Source: an uncultured cyanobacterium
GTDB lineage: Bacteria; Cyanobacteriota; Cyanobacteriia; Cyanobacteriales; Cyanobacteriaceae
NCBI GenBank assembly: GCA_963749915.1
Contig: CAVVOP010000021.1
Location: forward strand, 544,001-608,000
DNA length: 64,000 nt
Direction: 5' to 3'
Positions 1 through 10,453 of the stretch are shown here, one piece after another (the stretch's first letter is position 1; the number at the start of each line of letters is the position of its first letter). The notes under the pieces were generated by a model. That model worked only from the letters and a program-made list of their open reading frames with translations, did no database searches and was not told the DNA's origin. The position numbers were made by a program, and so were the translations under genes.

Positions 1-122
1 TTTTTAAAAGGAGGTTAAAAGTCATGTTCTTTCCATGATAAACGTTAAGGTGAGCATCGCCCACCGATTTTATAGTAATGATTATAAACAGTTTAGTAGC
101 TAATCACAAAAAAGAAATAAAT

Positions 123-2006
123 ATGTACAAAATTCAAGCTAGAAAAAGAAAAACTAATGCACCGGAAAAACCCTCTATTATTCCTCCCGCAAGAAATAAT
201 AAGCCTACCTTAAAGGTGATTCCCCTCGGCGGATTACATGAGATTGGTAAAAATACTTGTATCTATGAATATGAAGACGAAATCATTTTAGTTGATGCGG
301 GCATCGGTTTCCCTACGGATGGAATGCATGGTATAAATGTAGTGTTACCTGACATGACTTATCTTAAGGAAAATCAGCATAAAATCAAGGCTATGATAGC
401 AACTCATGGTCATGAAGATCATATTGGCGGTATTCCTTATCATCTCAAACAAATTGATACACCCATAATTTATGGTCCTCGCCTAGCTATGTCTTTGCTA
501 CGGGATAAATTGGAGGAATCTGGATTACATGAGCGCACCATCATTAAAACTGTCGCACCCCGTGAAGTTGTTAAAATTGGCAAACATTTTAAAGTAGAAT
601 TCATTCGCAATACACATTCCATCGCTGATAGTTTCACCCTTGCCATTCACACCCCTATTGGTATCTTGATTCACACGGGAGACTATAAAGTAGACCATAC
701 CCCCGTAGATGGTGAGTATTTCGACTTTCATCGTTTAGCACAATTAGGACAGGAAGGGATATTATGTTTATTAGGGGATTCTACTAACTCGGAAGTACCC
801 GGTTTTACTCCGTCCGAAAGGTCAGTTTACCCCGGTTTGGATCGTGCTTTCACCCAGGCTAAAGGGCGTTTGATGGTGACTACTTTTGCGACTTCTGTGC
901 ATCGGGTTAACATACTCCTAGATTTGGCCATGAAACATAATCGCAAAGTAGGCGTTGTCGGACGATCGATGTTAAACGTCATTGCCCATGCTCGCAATTT
1001 AGGCTATATCAAAGTCCCTGATAATTTATTTGTGCCTTTACGACAATTAGGTAGTTTACCAGATAACGAGGTGTTAATCCTTTGTACTGGTTCTCAGGGA
1101 GAAAAATTTGCTGCTATGACGAGAATTTCTCGCAGTGAACATCGTCAGGTAAAAGTCCGTCCAGGTGATACAATTATTTTTTCGGCTAATCCTATTCCGG
1201 GTAACACTATCCCCGTGGTGAATACCATCGATCGCCTGATGATGCAAGGAGCCAATGTAATTTATGGAAAACAGGCAGGTGTACATGTTTCGGGGCATGG
1301 TTGTCAAGAGGATCAAAAATTGATGTTGGCCTTGACTAAGCCAAAGTTTTTTGTACCTGTACACGGCGAGCATAGAATGTTAGTACAACACTCGAAAACC
1401 GCTCAAAGTGTCGGTATTCCTGCTGAAAATATGATTATTATCAACAACGGGGACACCATCGAATTAACGGCGGATAGTATTGCTAAGGGTGATAAAGTAC
1501 CTTCGGGTATTCAATTAGTTGATACTGCTGGAGTGGTTCATGATAACGTCATGGAAGAACGTCAACAGTTAGCCGAAGATGGTGTAATTACTGTAGCCGC
1601 TAGTATTGATAATGAAGGACGTTTATTGAATCAACCGCAAATTAATTTACGAGGTGTTGTGTGTAAAATCGAAATTTCTACCCTTGAGCGCCTAATTATT
1701 CGTGCCATTGATAAAACCATTGTCGATCGCCTCAAAAGTAGTTTGCTATTAAATGGTCATAATGAGGTTAACTGGACAAGTATTCGCATCGATGTGGAGG
1801 CAAACTTAGGGCGTTTGATTCAACGGGAATTGAACAGCGAACCTTTAGTTATTTTTATGTTACAGATACAGGAAACCAATCCTCAAAAGATCACAACCCG
1901 TAGCAATGGTAACGGAAATGTTACTGACATTGATGGTGACAAAGAGGAAGAAGAAAGCGATGGAAAATTTACTCGCCGTCGTCGTAAAACGACTGTTTCC
2001 GTGTAA
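123..2006 (+). CDS. rnj: Ribonuclease J (metallo-beta-lactamase/beta-CASP)
   Basis: Motifs PLGGLHEIGKN, THGHEDHIG, HTGDYK, HVSGH and PVHGE. ATG at 123 preferred over 78. Confidence 0.95.
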   Translation: MYKIQARKRKTNAPEKPSIIPPARNNKPTLKVIPLGGLHEIGKNTCIYEYEDEIILVDAGIGFPTDGMHGINVVLPDMTYLKENQHKIKAMIATHGHEDHIGGIPYHLKQIDTPIIYGPRLAMSLLRDKLEESGLHERTIIKTVAPREVVKIGKHFKVEFIRNTHSIADSFTLAIHTPIGILIHTGDYKVDHTPVDGEYFDFHRLAQLGQEGILCLLGDSTNSEVPGFTPSERSVYPGLDRAFTQAKGRLMVTTFATSVHRVNILLDLAMKHNRKVGVVGRSMLNVIAHARNLGYIKVPDNLFVPLRQLGSLPDNEVLILCTGSQGEKFAAMTRISRSEHRQVKVRPGDTIIFSANPIPGNTIPVVNTIDRLMMQGANVIYGKQAGVHVSGHGCQEDQKLMLALTKPKFFVPVHGEHRMLVQHSKTAQSVGIPAENMIIINNGDTIELTADSIAKGDKVPSGIQLVDTAGVVHDNVMEERQQLAEDGVITVAASIDNEGRLLNQPQINLRGVVCKIEISTLERLIIRAIDKTIVDRLKSSLLLNGHNEVNWTSIRIDVEANLGRLIQRELNSEPLVIFMLQIQETNPQKITTRSNGNGNVTDIDGDKEEEESDGKFTRRRRKTTVSV

Positions 2007-2093
2007 ATAAACATTCCTGAAAAATCTTCTCTTGATTATCTTGACAGGAATATGAGAGCATGAGAGTAAAATTATCTCTGACGTTGAACTAAG

Positions 2094-3119
2094 ATGAATG
2101 ATGTAATTACCATTAAAAATTTACAGAAGAGTTACGGTCAAGTAAAAGCTCTCAAAAATATCTCATTTTCCGTCAAAACTGGAGAAATTTTCGGTTTATT
2201 AGGACCAAATGGTGCAGGAAAGACGACTACGATTCGATGCTTGACTACTCTCGCCAAATCTGACTCAGGAGAGATTTTGATTGACGGTGTATCCGCTATC
2301 ACTCAGCCAAAACAAGTTCGCCAAAAGTTGGGTTATGTGGCACAGGAGGTGGCCATCGATAAGGTTTTGACGGGGAGGGAATTGTTACAGTTACAAGCCT
2401 CTATTTATCATTTACCCCCTTCTTTGGCAAAAAAAAGAATTGACCAATTATTGAATTTGCTGGGTTTACAGGAATATAGCGATCGCCAAACAGGCACTTA
2501 TTCTGGAGGTATTCGCAAACGTCTCGATTTGGCCGCAGGATTACTTCATCAACCCCAAGTGTTAGTATTAGATGAGCCTTCTGTTGGGTTAGACATCGAA
2601 AGTCGCATGATAGTCTGGGATTTCTTGGGTCAACTCAAACAAGCAGGTACGACAGTATTAATAACCAGCCATTATTTGGAAGAAATAGATGCCCTGGCCG
2701 ATCGCTTGGCCATTATTGATCAGGGTGAAGTTATCGCCGAAGGTAGCCCTTCTAGTTTAAAAGATTGTTTAGGTGGCGATCGCATTACCTTAAAAATTAG
2801 GGAATTTTCTACTTCAGAAGAAGCACAAACCGCCCAAGAAAAATTATCACAACTCCCTTTTGTCGAAAATATTATCATTAATCAAGCCCAAGGAAATTCA
2901 TTAAACTTGATTGTTACCCCAAAAAGTAATCCTATTAGTAAAATAGAACAAACCCTCACAGAAATTGATTTGCCGATGTTTAGTATCAGTCAATCTCGCC
3001 CTAGTTTAGATGATGTTTATTTGGCCGCAACGGGAAAAACCTTAATAGATGCGGAAATAGAAGCCTCTACCCGTAGGGATTTGAAAGCCGAGAAAAAACA
3101 AGCTATGAAAACCAATTAA
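2094..3119 (+). CDS. ABC exporter ATP-binding subunit (DrrA-like)
   Basis: Walker A GPNGAGKTT, signature YSGG, Walker B LVLDEP; followed by a permease. Confidence 0.9.
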   Translation: MNDVITIKNLQKSYGQVKALKNISFSVKTGEIFGLLGPNGAGKTTTIRCLTTLAKSDSGEILIDGVSAITQPKQVRQKLGYVAQEVAIDKVLTGRELLQLQASIYHLPPSLAKKRIDQLLNLLGLQEYSDRQTGTYSGGIRKRLDLAAGLLHQPQVLVLDEPSVGLDIESRMIVWDFLGQLKQAGTTVLITSHYLEEIDALADRLAIIDQGEVIAEGSPSSLKDCLGGDRITLKIREFSTSEEAQTAQEKLSQLPFVENIIINQAQGNSLNLIVTPKSNPISKIEQTLTEIDLPMFSISQSRPSLDDVYLAATGKTLIDAEIEASTRRDLKAEKKQAMKTN

Positions 3120-3140
3120 CAATTAGTAATAAATTATCTT

Positions 3141-3231
3141 TCGTCGTCAGGGCTTTAGCCTTTCAATTCCATGGTCAGGGTTTTACGCTTTTAATCTAAA
3201 CATTATGAACTCTAAAGGGTTTACTACAAAC
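3141..3231. repeat. Degenerate REP-like palindromic doublet
   Basis: tcgtcgtcagggctttagcc and a second ggtcagggttttacgc copy, then an inverted ctaaagggtttactacaaac; resembles cyanobacterial GTAG-type REPs. Confidence 0.45.
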
Positions 3232-3244
3232 ATTATTTAAAATT

Positions 3245-4135
3245 ATGACTCAAAGTATTTCAACTAATCAATTTACAGAAATTTTAGCCCCTAATTCTAA
3301 TACTCAAATAAATCAAAAAAATAATGCTTTTAGAAATTTTTTACAAGAAACTTTAGCTCTTACAAAACGCTTATTCATCCAACTACAGCGTAGGCCATCA
3401 AGCCTTGTTGCTGGAGTTATTCAACCATTTATGTGGTTAATTTTATTTGGAGCCTTATTTTACCAAGCCCCCCAAAGTTTATTCGGAAATAACGTAACTT
3501 ACGGTCAATTTCTAGCTCCGGGAATCATTATTTTTACTGCTTTTTCTGGTGCATTAAATGCTGGATTACCCATAATGTTTGATCGAGAATTTGGCTTTTT
3601 AAATAGACTATTAGTGGCACCATTGGCCTCTCGTTTTTCCATTGTCGCCGCCTCCACCATTTATATTATTACCCTCAGTTTCATCCAAACCGCCGTTATC
3701 ATCGTCGCCAGTGCTTTTATTGGTGCCGGTTTACCTAGTTTTGGCGGCTTAAGTGCCATCGCATTAATAGTTTTCTTGATAGTATTAGGGGTAACAGGAT
3801 TAAGCCTCGGATTTGCCTTTGCCTTGCCGGGACATATTGAATTACTAGCCGTCATTTTTGTGATCAATTTACCCCTTTTATTTGCGAGTACGGCTTTAGC
3901 ACCACTGTCATTCATGGCAGGATGGTTACAAATCATCGCCAGTTTAAATCCTCTAACCTATGCTATTGAGCCTATACGCCATATTTATCAAAATTCTGAT
4001 TGGAGTTTTGTTAGTATAGTAATGAGTACACCTTGGGGAGATCTTAATTTTGCTACAATTTTATCATTGTTATTCGCCTTTGACGTAGTAATTTTACTAT
4101 GTATCAAGCCATTGTTAAGTCGTCGTTTTGCCTAA
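3245..4135 (+). CDS. ABC-2 type transporter permease
   Basis: Six or more TM segments; DREFGFLNRLLVAP and LNPLTYA motifs. Confidence 0.9.
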   Translation: MTQSISTNQFTEILAPNSNTQINQKNNAFRNFLQETLALTKRLFIQLQRRPSSLVAGVIQPFMWLILFGALFYQAPQSLFGNNVTYGQFLAPGIIIFTAFSGALNAGLPIMFDREFGFLNRLLVAPLASRFSIVAASTIYIITLSFIQTAVIIVASAFIGAGLPSFGGLSAIALIVFLIVLGVTGLSLGFAFALPGHIELLAVIFVINLPLLFASTALAPLSFMAGWLQIIASLNPLTYAIEPIRHIYQNSDWSFVSIVMSTPWGDLNFATILSLLFAFDVVILLCIKPLLSRRFA

Positions 4136-4462
4136 ATCAAACTTAAACTTCTGCTATATTTTCACCTTTCAAAAAGAGGTTGAGAATGTTCACAGTTGCC
4201 CTTTTTTAATTTTTAAAATTAGGTGATAAAATTAAAAAATAAAAATATCTTCAAAAGGCTTAGAAGCCCGAAATAAAGATGGTTTTGATGGCAAAATGTT
4301 AGGTTTGAGTTACGCAAAAAAATAACAAAGAACATCAAGATAGGTTATCTTTTTAGTAATAAAACTAACGATTAAATATTGATCATTGCTTATTACAAAA
4401 ATAAGGAAACAAAAAATAATTATCCTTCGTCAAAACTATCAACAATTTGGATATATAAACCG

Positions 4463-4810
4463 ATGAAAAATATCACTAATTCAAAAATTTTAGCTAGTAT
4501 AATCGTTAGTTTGGGTTTAATCACCATAACTCATAACCCAGTAAATGCTCAAAGTTTTAATAATAAACAACCTGAACCCTTTCAATCTAACGAAAAAAAT
4601 CCCCTTCATGGAAACGGCATCAACCCCTTAGAATTAATTCATAATGCCAACTTTTTCAATGGTCGCAATGGTGCAGATTTTGCCGAGGATACTAACCGGA
4701 ACCTCGACTCCGCCGCCGAAGATTTTAAACAACAACAATTAAAAAGAATGATGGAAATACAAAAACAAGAAGAATCAACTCCGGCAGACAATGGCACTGA
4801 ATCCTTATAA
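4463..4810 (+). CDS. Conserved cyanobacterial secreted hypothetical protein
   Basis: Signal-peptide-like N-terminus ending PVNA|Q; NPLELIHNAN motif. ATG at 4463. Confidence 0.65.
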   Translation: MKNITNSKILASIIVSLGLITITHNPVNAQSFNNKQPEPFQSNEKNPLHGNGINPLELIHNANFFNGRNGADFAEDTNRNLDSAAEDFKQQQLKRMMEIQKQEESTPADNGTESL

Positions 4811-4813
4811 AAA

Positions 4814-6256
4814 ATGAATTTAACTTTATACAACACCCTCACCAATCGAGAAGAAGAATTTATTCCCCTTAATCCTAACACTGTCAATATGTATTGTTGT
4901 GGTATTACTGTCTATGATTATTGTCATTTAGGTCATGCTCGTACCTGTATTGTTTGGGATGTTGTAAGACGTTATTTAACATGGAGAGGCTATAAAGTTA
5001 AATATATTCAAAATTTTACCGATATTGATGATAAAATTCTCAATCGTGCAAAACAGGAAAATACCACGATGGAGGAGGTTTCTGAGCGTTTTATTCAGGC
5101 TTATTTTGAGGACATGAAATGGTTAAACGTTAAACCTGCTGACTTTTATCCCCGTGCCACCCATACCCTTGACGGCATTAAAAAATTAATTTGGGAACTG
5201 GAAGAAAAAGGTTTTGCTTATGAAACCGAAGGGGATGTTTATTATTCCGTTAGTAAATTTAAAGATTATGGTAAATTATCAGGGCGCAAGTTAGAGGATT
5301 TACAAACGGGTGCTAGTGGAAGACTCAATCAAAGTGAGGCAGTAAAAAAACAACCCTTCGATTTTGCTTTATGGAAATCTGCTAAAGCCGATGAACCTAG
5401 TTTTGATTCTCCTTGGGGAAAAGGCCGCCCTGGTTGGCATATTGAATGCTCAGCGATGGTTAGGGAGATGTTAGGGGAAACTATTGATATTCATGTGGGG
5501 GGTAATGATCTTATTTTTCCTCACCATGAAAACGAAATCGCTCAATCCGAAGGGGTTACGGGTAAACCTTTAGCCCGTTATTGGTTGCATAATGGCATGG
5601 TGAAGGTGGATGGCGAGAAAATGTCCAAATCCCTCGGTAATTTTATTACTATTCGGGATTTATTGGCAAAATATAATCCTATGGCTATCCGTCTTTTTAT
5701 CTTACAGGCTAATTATCGTAAACCTCTTGACTTCACAGATGAGGCGATGGAGGCTGCAACTAATGGTTGGCACACTTTAGCTGAGGGACTACTTTTCGGA
5801 ATTAAGTATAGAGAACAGCTAAATTGGAAGGAAAAAACCCATGGTAGTTTTATCAAATCAGTTCAGGATCACTTTTGTCAAGTAGTAGATCATGATTTTA
5901 ATTTTGCGGCGGGGTTAGCGATTTTGTTTGAACTAGCGAAGGAGTTGCGCAAAGAAGGCAATTTATTAATCCATGAGGGCAAAACTAGCCAATCGACAAA
6001 GGATTTAGAAGATAAATGGCACACTTTAGTTACTTTAGCTCAAGTTTTGGGTTTAGAGACAGATTTTTCCGCGGTTTCCCCGTCTTCTCATTCCCTCACC
6101 GATGCTGAAATTGAGTCTTTAATTGAACAACGGTTGAAGGCTCGTAAGGCAAAAAACTATCAAGAAAGCGACGGAATTCGAGATTTATTGAAAGAAAAAG
6201 GAGTTACCCTGATTGATGCCCCTGGCGGTGTCACTAAATGGCATTGGGAGAATTAA
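4814..6256 (+). CDS. cysS: Cysteine--tRNA ligase
   Basis: CGITVYDYCHLGH (HIGH), GRPGWHIECSAM and KMSKS motifs. Confidence 0.97.
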   Translation: MNLTLYNTLTNREEEFIPLNPNTVNMYCCGITVYDYCHLGHARTCIVWDVVRRYLTWRGYKVKYIQNFTDIDDKILNRAKQENTTMEEVSERFIQAYFEDMKWLNVKPADFYPRATHTLDGIKKLIWELEEKGFAYETEGDVYYSVSKFKDYGKLSGRKLEDLQTGASGRLNQSEAVKKQPFDFALWKSAKADEPSFDSPWGKGRPGWHIECSAMVREMLGETIDIHVGGNDLIFPHHENEIAQSEGVTGKPLARYWLHNGMVKVDGEKMSKSLGNFITIRDLLAKYNPMAIRLFILQANYRKPLDFTDEAMEAATNGWHTLAEGLLFGIKYREQLNWKEKTHGSFIKSVQDHFCQVVDHDFNFAAGLAILFELAKELRKEGNLLIHEGKTSQSTKDLEDKWHTLVTLAQVLGLETDFSAVSPSSHSLTDAEIESLIEQRLKARKAKNYQESDGIRDLLKEKGVTLIDAPGGVTKWHWEN

Positions 6257-6318
6257 TAATAAACCACTTTTCGGGCTTCGTTTTTTAAGTGCCATAGAAT
6301 TAAATAAATTTAAGCTAG

Positions 6319-6906
6319 CTAGGGATTAACGGCATTCATTAACCATTTATCCTCACTGGTAAGCTCATAAATGTGGCGATTTTGAGGGTTACTTCTCAAT
6401 TCTAAATGATCAACCCTCTCAGGATTAAATAATAATAAACAAAAGTTAACTGCTGGTTTTTTTTCGTCTATATTAAAAGCAATTATTTCTTTATTTTCTG
6501 CTAACAATGTGCCCGGATTTGCCCAGTAAAATTGTTCTTTTCCAGCTTGACTAAGTTTTTCCCACGCTTTTTGACGCTGGGATAATAACCTTTCACCTTC
6601 ATACTTTTCTGTAATTAATTCTACCTTTCCTCTAATTCTAAATTGTTCTCTAGTTTTGGCAAAATACCAACAAATCTCTCCCTGGGGATTTTTGCTTAAA
6701 TGAATAAATTTCTCACTGCGAATATCCGTTACAACTTCGATCTTATTACTTTTATCTAAAAATCCTCTAAATACCACTGTCCTATTGGCGGGATAACCGG
6801 CTTCCGTCACTGTTGCTAATGAAAAATAACGACTGAATATTTGCGATCGATTACGATGTAATGCTCTTTGTAAATGCGATCGCCAAGGTGCTAAAAAATC
6901 AGACAT
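6319..6906 (-). CDS. FMN-dependent pyridoxamine 5'-phosphate oxidase-like flavoprotein (Npun_F5749 family)
   Basis: LATVT..G.PANRTVVFRGF, TDIRSEK, REQFRIRG and VDHLEL motifs. Confidence 0.85.
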   Translation of the reverse strand: MSDFLAPWRSHLQRALHRNRSQIFSRYFSLATVTEAGYPANRTVVFRGFLDKSNKIEVVTDIRSEKFIHLSKNPQGEICWYFAKTREQFRIRGKVELITEKYEGERLLSQRQKAWEKLSQAGKEQFYWANPGTLLAENKEIIAFNIDEKKPAVNFCLLLFNPERVDHLELRSNPQNRHIYELTSEDKWLMNAVNP

Positions 6907-7072
6907 AAAAATAAAGACTAATCTTAAGTTTTGTAAATGAAAGTAAAATAATGTTAAATTAACTTATTAAATCTTAGAAAAAATGTTGCCAAAATGTAAG
7001 GTAAAATAAACATTAAAAGAGATAGTTAAAATTAAATTAATCTCCTAATTCGCTCCCTAACAAAAAAAAATT

Positions 7073-8545
7073 ATGGTTGCCACAGCAAAATCAAAAACCT
7101 TTAGCCAAGTTAACTTTTACCTTCCCCCTATCTGCGGTGCTGAAGCAAAAATATCAGCTTTAGTCAATAATAATGACCCTGTATATTTACTTAATACTAA
7201 CCTAAAATTAGATCAGATAAAATCCGGATTTGCCTGCGCCTTACATATGCACCAACCCACCATTCCTGCGGGAGAAAATGGGGCATTAATCTGCAATTTA
7301 CAGCAGATGTTCAACAATCCAGGGGATGGGGATAATCATAACGCCGGTGTTTTTGCATGGTGTTATAGTCGCATGGGTGAATTTATCCCTCAATTAGTCG
7401 CCGATGGTTGCAACCCTCGCATAATGTTAGATTACTCAGGTAACTTGCTTTGGGGTTTACAGCAAATGGGGCGTAATGACATCCTCGACAACCTCAAAAA
7501 AATTGCTTGCGATCGCCAATATCAGCCTTATGTAGAATGGTTAGGAACAATGTGGTCTCATGCGGTAGCACCTTCCACCCCCATCCCCGACCTAAAATTG
7601 CAGATTCAAGCATGGCAACATCATTTCGCCTCCATTTTTGGGGAGGAAGCCTTATCACGGGTTAAAGGTTTTTCGCCACCAGAAATGCACCTTCCTAACC
7701 ATCCCGACACCCTCTATGAGTATATTAAAGCCCTCAAAGATTGCGGTTATCGTTGGTTGTTAGTACAAGAGCATACGGTTGAGTGTCCCGACGGTTCAGG
7801 ATTACATCATGAGCAAAAATATATCCCTAATCGTTTAGTTGCCAAGAATTCCAAGGGTGAAACTACTAGTATTACTGCGTTGATTAAAACTCAAGGCTCA
7901 GATACTAAATTAGTAGCACAAATGCAACCTTATCATGAAGCTAAAACTCTTGGAAGACAAGAAATTGCTGGTATTTCTGTGCCTTCTTGCGTCAGTCAAA
8001 TTGCTGATGGCGAAAACGGGGGCGTGATGATGAATGAGTTTCCTCGTGGTTTCCAACCTCTTTGGTACGATCTTAAAGATGGTAGTAAAGTTGTAGGCTT
8101 TAATGGTACAGAGTATATTGAGTTAATCGAAGCCTCGGGAGTTAAACCCGAAGATTATCCTGTGTGTCAACCCGTTGGACAACACAAAATCTGGGCCAAA
8201 GTCGGCGATAATCTCACCCCCGCAACAGTAGAAAGTGCCATCGCCGATCTCAATCAAAATGATCATCAATTCCACATGGATGGGGCATCATGGACAAACG
8301 ATTTAAGTTGGGTAAAAGGTTATGAGAATGTCCTCGAACCGATGAACAAGTTAAGTGCAATGTTTCATCAAAAATACGATCGTTTAGTGGCGGAAGATCC
8401 CACAGTAACACAACGACCTGATTATCAAGAAGCCTTACTATATAATCTCTTAGTACAAACAAGCTGTTTCCGTTATTGGGGGCAAGGAACATGGACTGAT
8501 TACGCCCGTGAATTATATCGTCGTGGCGAGGAACTTTGTAAATAG
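7073..8545 (+). CDS. Glycoside hydrolase family 57 protein
   Basis: HMHQP motif, GFSPPE nucleophile region, DGENG and TSCFRYWG. Confidence 0.85.
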   Translation: MVATAKSKTFSQVNFYLPPICGAEAKISALVNNNDPVYLLNTNLKLDQIKSGFACALHMHQPTIPAGENGALICNLQQMFNNPGDGDNHNAGVFAWCYSRMGEFIPQLVADGCNPRIMLDYSGNLLWGLQQMGRNDILDNLKKIACDRQYQPYVEWLGTMWSHAVAPSTPIPDLKLQIQAWQHHFASIFGEEALSRVKGFSPPEMHLPNHPDTLYEYIKALKDCGYRWLLVQEHTVECPDGSGLHHEQKYIPNRLVAKNSKGETTSITALIKTQGSDTKLVAQMQPYHEAKTLGRQEIAGISVPSCVSQIADGENGGVMMNEFPRGFQPLWYDLKDGSKVVGFNGTEYIELIEASGVKPEDYPVCQPVGQHKIWAKVGDNLTPATVESAIADLNQNDHQFHMDGASWTNDLSWVKGYENVLEPMNKLSAMFHQKYDRLVAEDPTVTQRPDYQEALLYNLLVQTSCFRYWGQGTWTDYARELYRRGEELCK

Positions 8546-8550
8546 TTAAT

Positions 8551-8646
8551 AGACTTCTTGCAAAACTCAGGGAATGGAGAATAGGCAATAATTATTAAAA
8601 TTGATAATTTCCTGCTTATATTTGATTCTAATTTTGCAAAGGGTCT
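8551..8646. mobile_element. 96-bp MITE (AGAC...GTCT family)
   Basis: TIRs agacttcttgcaaaa / ttttgcaaagggtct; flanked by AAT at 8548-8550 and 8647-8649. Confidence 0.75.
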
Positions 8647-8657
8647 AATATTAACAA

Positions 8658-9185
8658 TTAACAATTAAAATCTGATTCTAATTCTTGAAGTAAAGTTTCT
8701 ATTTCTGCGGTAGTGATTACATTTACTTGTTTTGGAGGCATTAGATGTAGAATGGTATTATCCTGTATAACTGTCGCCAATTCCTTGTCTGCCATGGTTT
8801 CTGGGTGAAAATATTTTAAGAAAAATGTCAAGGTTTCCTCTTTTATAAATCCTTTTAACACAGCTAAAGAACCGAATTTTACTCCCCCTTTTTTTTGTTC
8901 ATTAAGAACAACATTAATCTCATTTTCTGTTAATAAACCTGCTTGTAAAAAATAATTACCAATTTGTTTTCTCTGATTTTCCTTAACTAATGTTTTGAAC
9001 TTGTCCCCAAAAAAATCCGCTGTTAACGGAGAAATCCAACCGTGAAGAGCTAAAATCTCTCCCAATTTTAAATTATCATGAACAGCTTGTTCCATTAAGG
9101 CGACTTGAACTTGTCCTGAATGAATTAGTCCTGCCTCTCGCAAAATCTCCCCTATCGGTTTAATAATTAAAGTATCTTTCCCCAT
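8658..9185 (-). CDS. Stand-alone protein with tandem MshEN-like motifs
   Basis: Four (I/L/F)G-based motifs: PIGEILREAGLI..ALMEQ, KLGEILALHGWI, QIGNYFLQAGLL..VLNEQ, KFGSLAVLKGFI. Confidence 0.6.
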   Translation of the reverse strand: MGKDTLIIKPIGEILREAGLIHSGQVQVALMEQAVHDNLKLGEILALHGWISPLTADFFGDKFKTLVKENQRKQIGNYFLQAGLLTENEINVVLNEQKKGGVKFGSLAVLKGFIKEETLTFFLKYFHPETMADKELATVIQDNTILHLMPPKQVNVITTAEIETLLQELESDFNC

Positions 9186-9307
9186 GAAAACCTTCCTGAA
9201 ATTTTTTTGATAATTACAAGACTACTAAGATTATAGCCAAAAATATGAATTTTAAGGTGATAGAATCAGAATAATTTTAAGATTAAGGTGCATCTTTTTT
9301 CTGAATC

Positions 9308-10354
9308 ATGATCAATTTTTTCCCCACTGTACAACAAAAACTCTTCACTCCGTTAAAAATTGGCTCAGTAACTATTAACAGTCGAGTGTTACAATCCCCC
9401 TTGTCAGGGGTAACAGATTTAGTCTTTCGCCGTTTAGTTAGACGTTATGCACCTCTATCCATGATCTATACAGAGATGGTAAACGCCACAGAAATTAACC
9501 ACCTTGAACAACTTCCTCGATTAATGGAAATTGATCCTGATGAACAACCTATTAGTATTCAATTGTTTGACTGTCGGGCCGATTTTATGGCACAGGCGGC
9601 GGAAAAAGCGGTCAAGGAAGGGGCGAAAACCATTGATATTAATATGGGCTGTCCTGTAAATAAGATTACCAAAAAAGGGGGCGGATCTCGTTTATTACGT
9701 CAACCAGACATTGCCGAAGCCATTGTCAAAGAAGTAAAACAGGCTGTAAATGTACCTGTAACGGTGAAAACTCGTCTCGGTTGGAATGATAAGGAAATCA
9801 ATATTATTGAATTTGCCAAAAAAATGGAAGACGCAGGGGCAAGTATGATAACTGTACATGGACGTACCCGTGACCAAGGTTATACAGGTAGAGCCCGATG
9901 GGATATAATCTCTCAAGTAAAGGAAAATTTAGCTATTCCTGTTATTGCCAATGGTGATATTTTTTCTGTGGAAGATGCCATTCGTTGTCTAGAAATTACC
10001 AACGCCGATGGGGTCATGTGTTCCCGTGGTACTTTAGGTTATCCTTTTCTAGTGGGAGAAATCGACTATTTTCTAAAAACTGGTAATTTACCCACCTATC
10101 CAACGATAAAAGAACTTTTAGATTGTGCGAAAGAGCATTTAATCGGTTTGTGGGATTATAAGGGGCAAAAAGGCATTTTTCAAGCACGGAAACATCTAGC
10201 ATGGTATTGTAAAGGTTTTAGTGGTGCGGCGGAATTACGAGATCAATGTTCCCGTATCAATAGCGTTGAGGAAGGGTTAGATTTAATTAATAACGCACAA
10301 TTAAAAATAAACAACGAACAAACAATGAGGGATTATATTATTTGTACAACATAA
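9308..10354 (+). CDS. dusB: tRNA-dihydrouridine synthase B
   Basis: IDINMGCP, VTVKTRLG, TVHGRT, IANGDI and RKHLAWY motifs. Confidence 0.93.
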   Translation: MINFFPTVQQKLFTPLKIGSVTINSRVLQSPLSGVTDLVFRRLVRRYAPLSMIYTEMVNATEINHLEQLPRLMEIDPDEQPISIQLFDCRADFMAQAAEKAVKEGAKTIDINMGCPVNKITKKGGGSRLLRQPDIAEAIVKEVKQAVNVPVTVKTRLGWNDKEINIIEFAKKMEDAGASMITVHGRTRDQGYTGRARWDIISQVKENLAIPVIANGDIFSVEDAIRCLEITNADGVMCSRGTLGYPFLVGEIDYFLKTGNLPTYPTIKELLDCAKEHLIGLWDYKGQKGIFQARKHLAWYCKGFSGAAELRDQCSRINSVEEGLDLINNAQLKINNEQTMRDYIICTT

Positions 10355-10361
10355 TTTCTTA

Positions 10362-10388
10362 CTTATTGATTATTGATTATTGATTATT
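10362..10388. repeat. Heptamer tandem repeat (STRR-type, TTATTGA)
   Basis: Three to four tandem ttattga units after dusB. Similar heptamer runs lie near 17161, 22578, 43167, 55570 and 58560. Confidence 0.7.
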
Positions 10389-10453
10389 TAATCGAGAATT
10401 GAGATCCTGAGCTAAGATCAAAAGAATGATAAATTCAATAGCATTTTTAAGAT

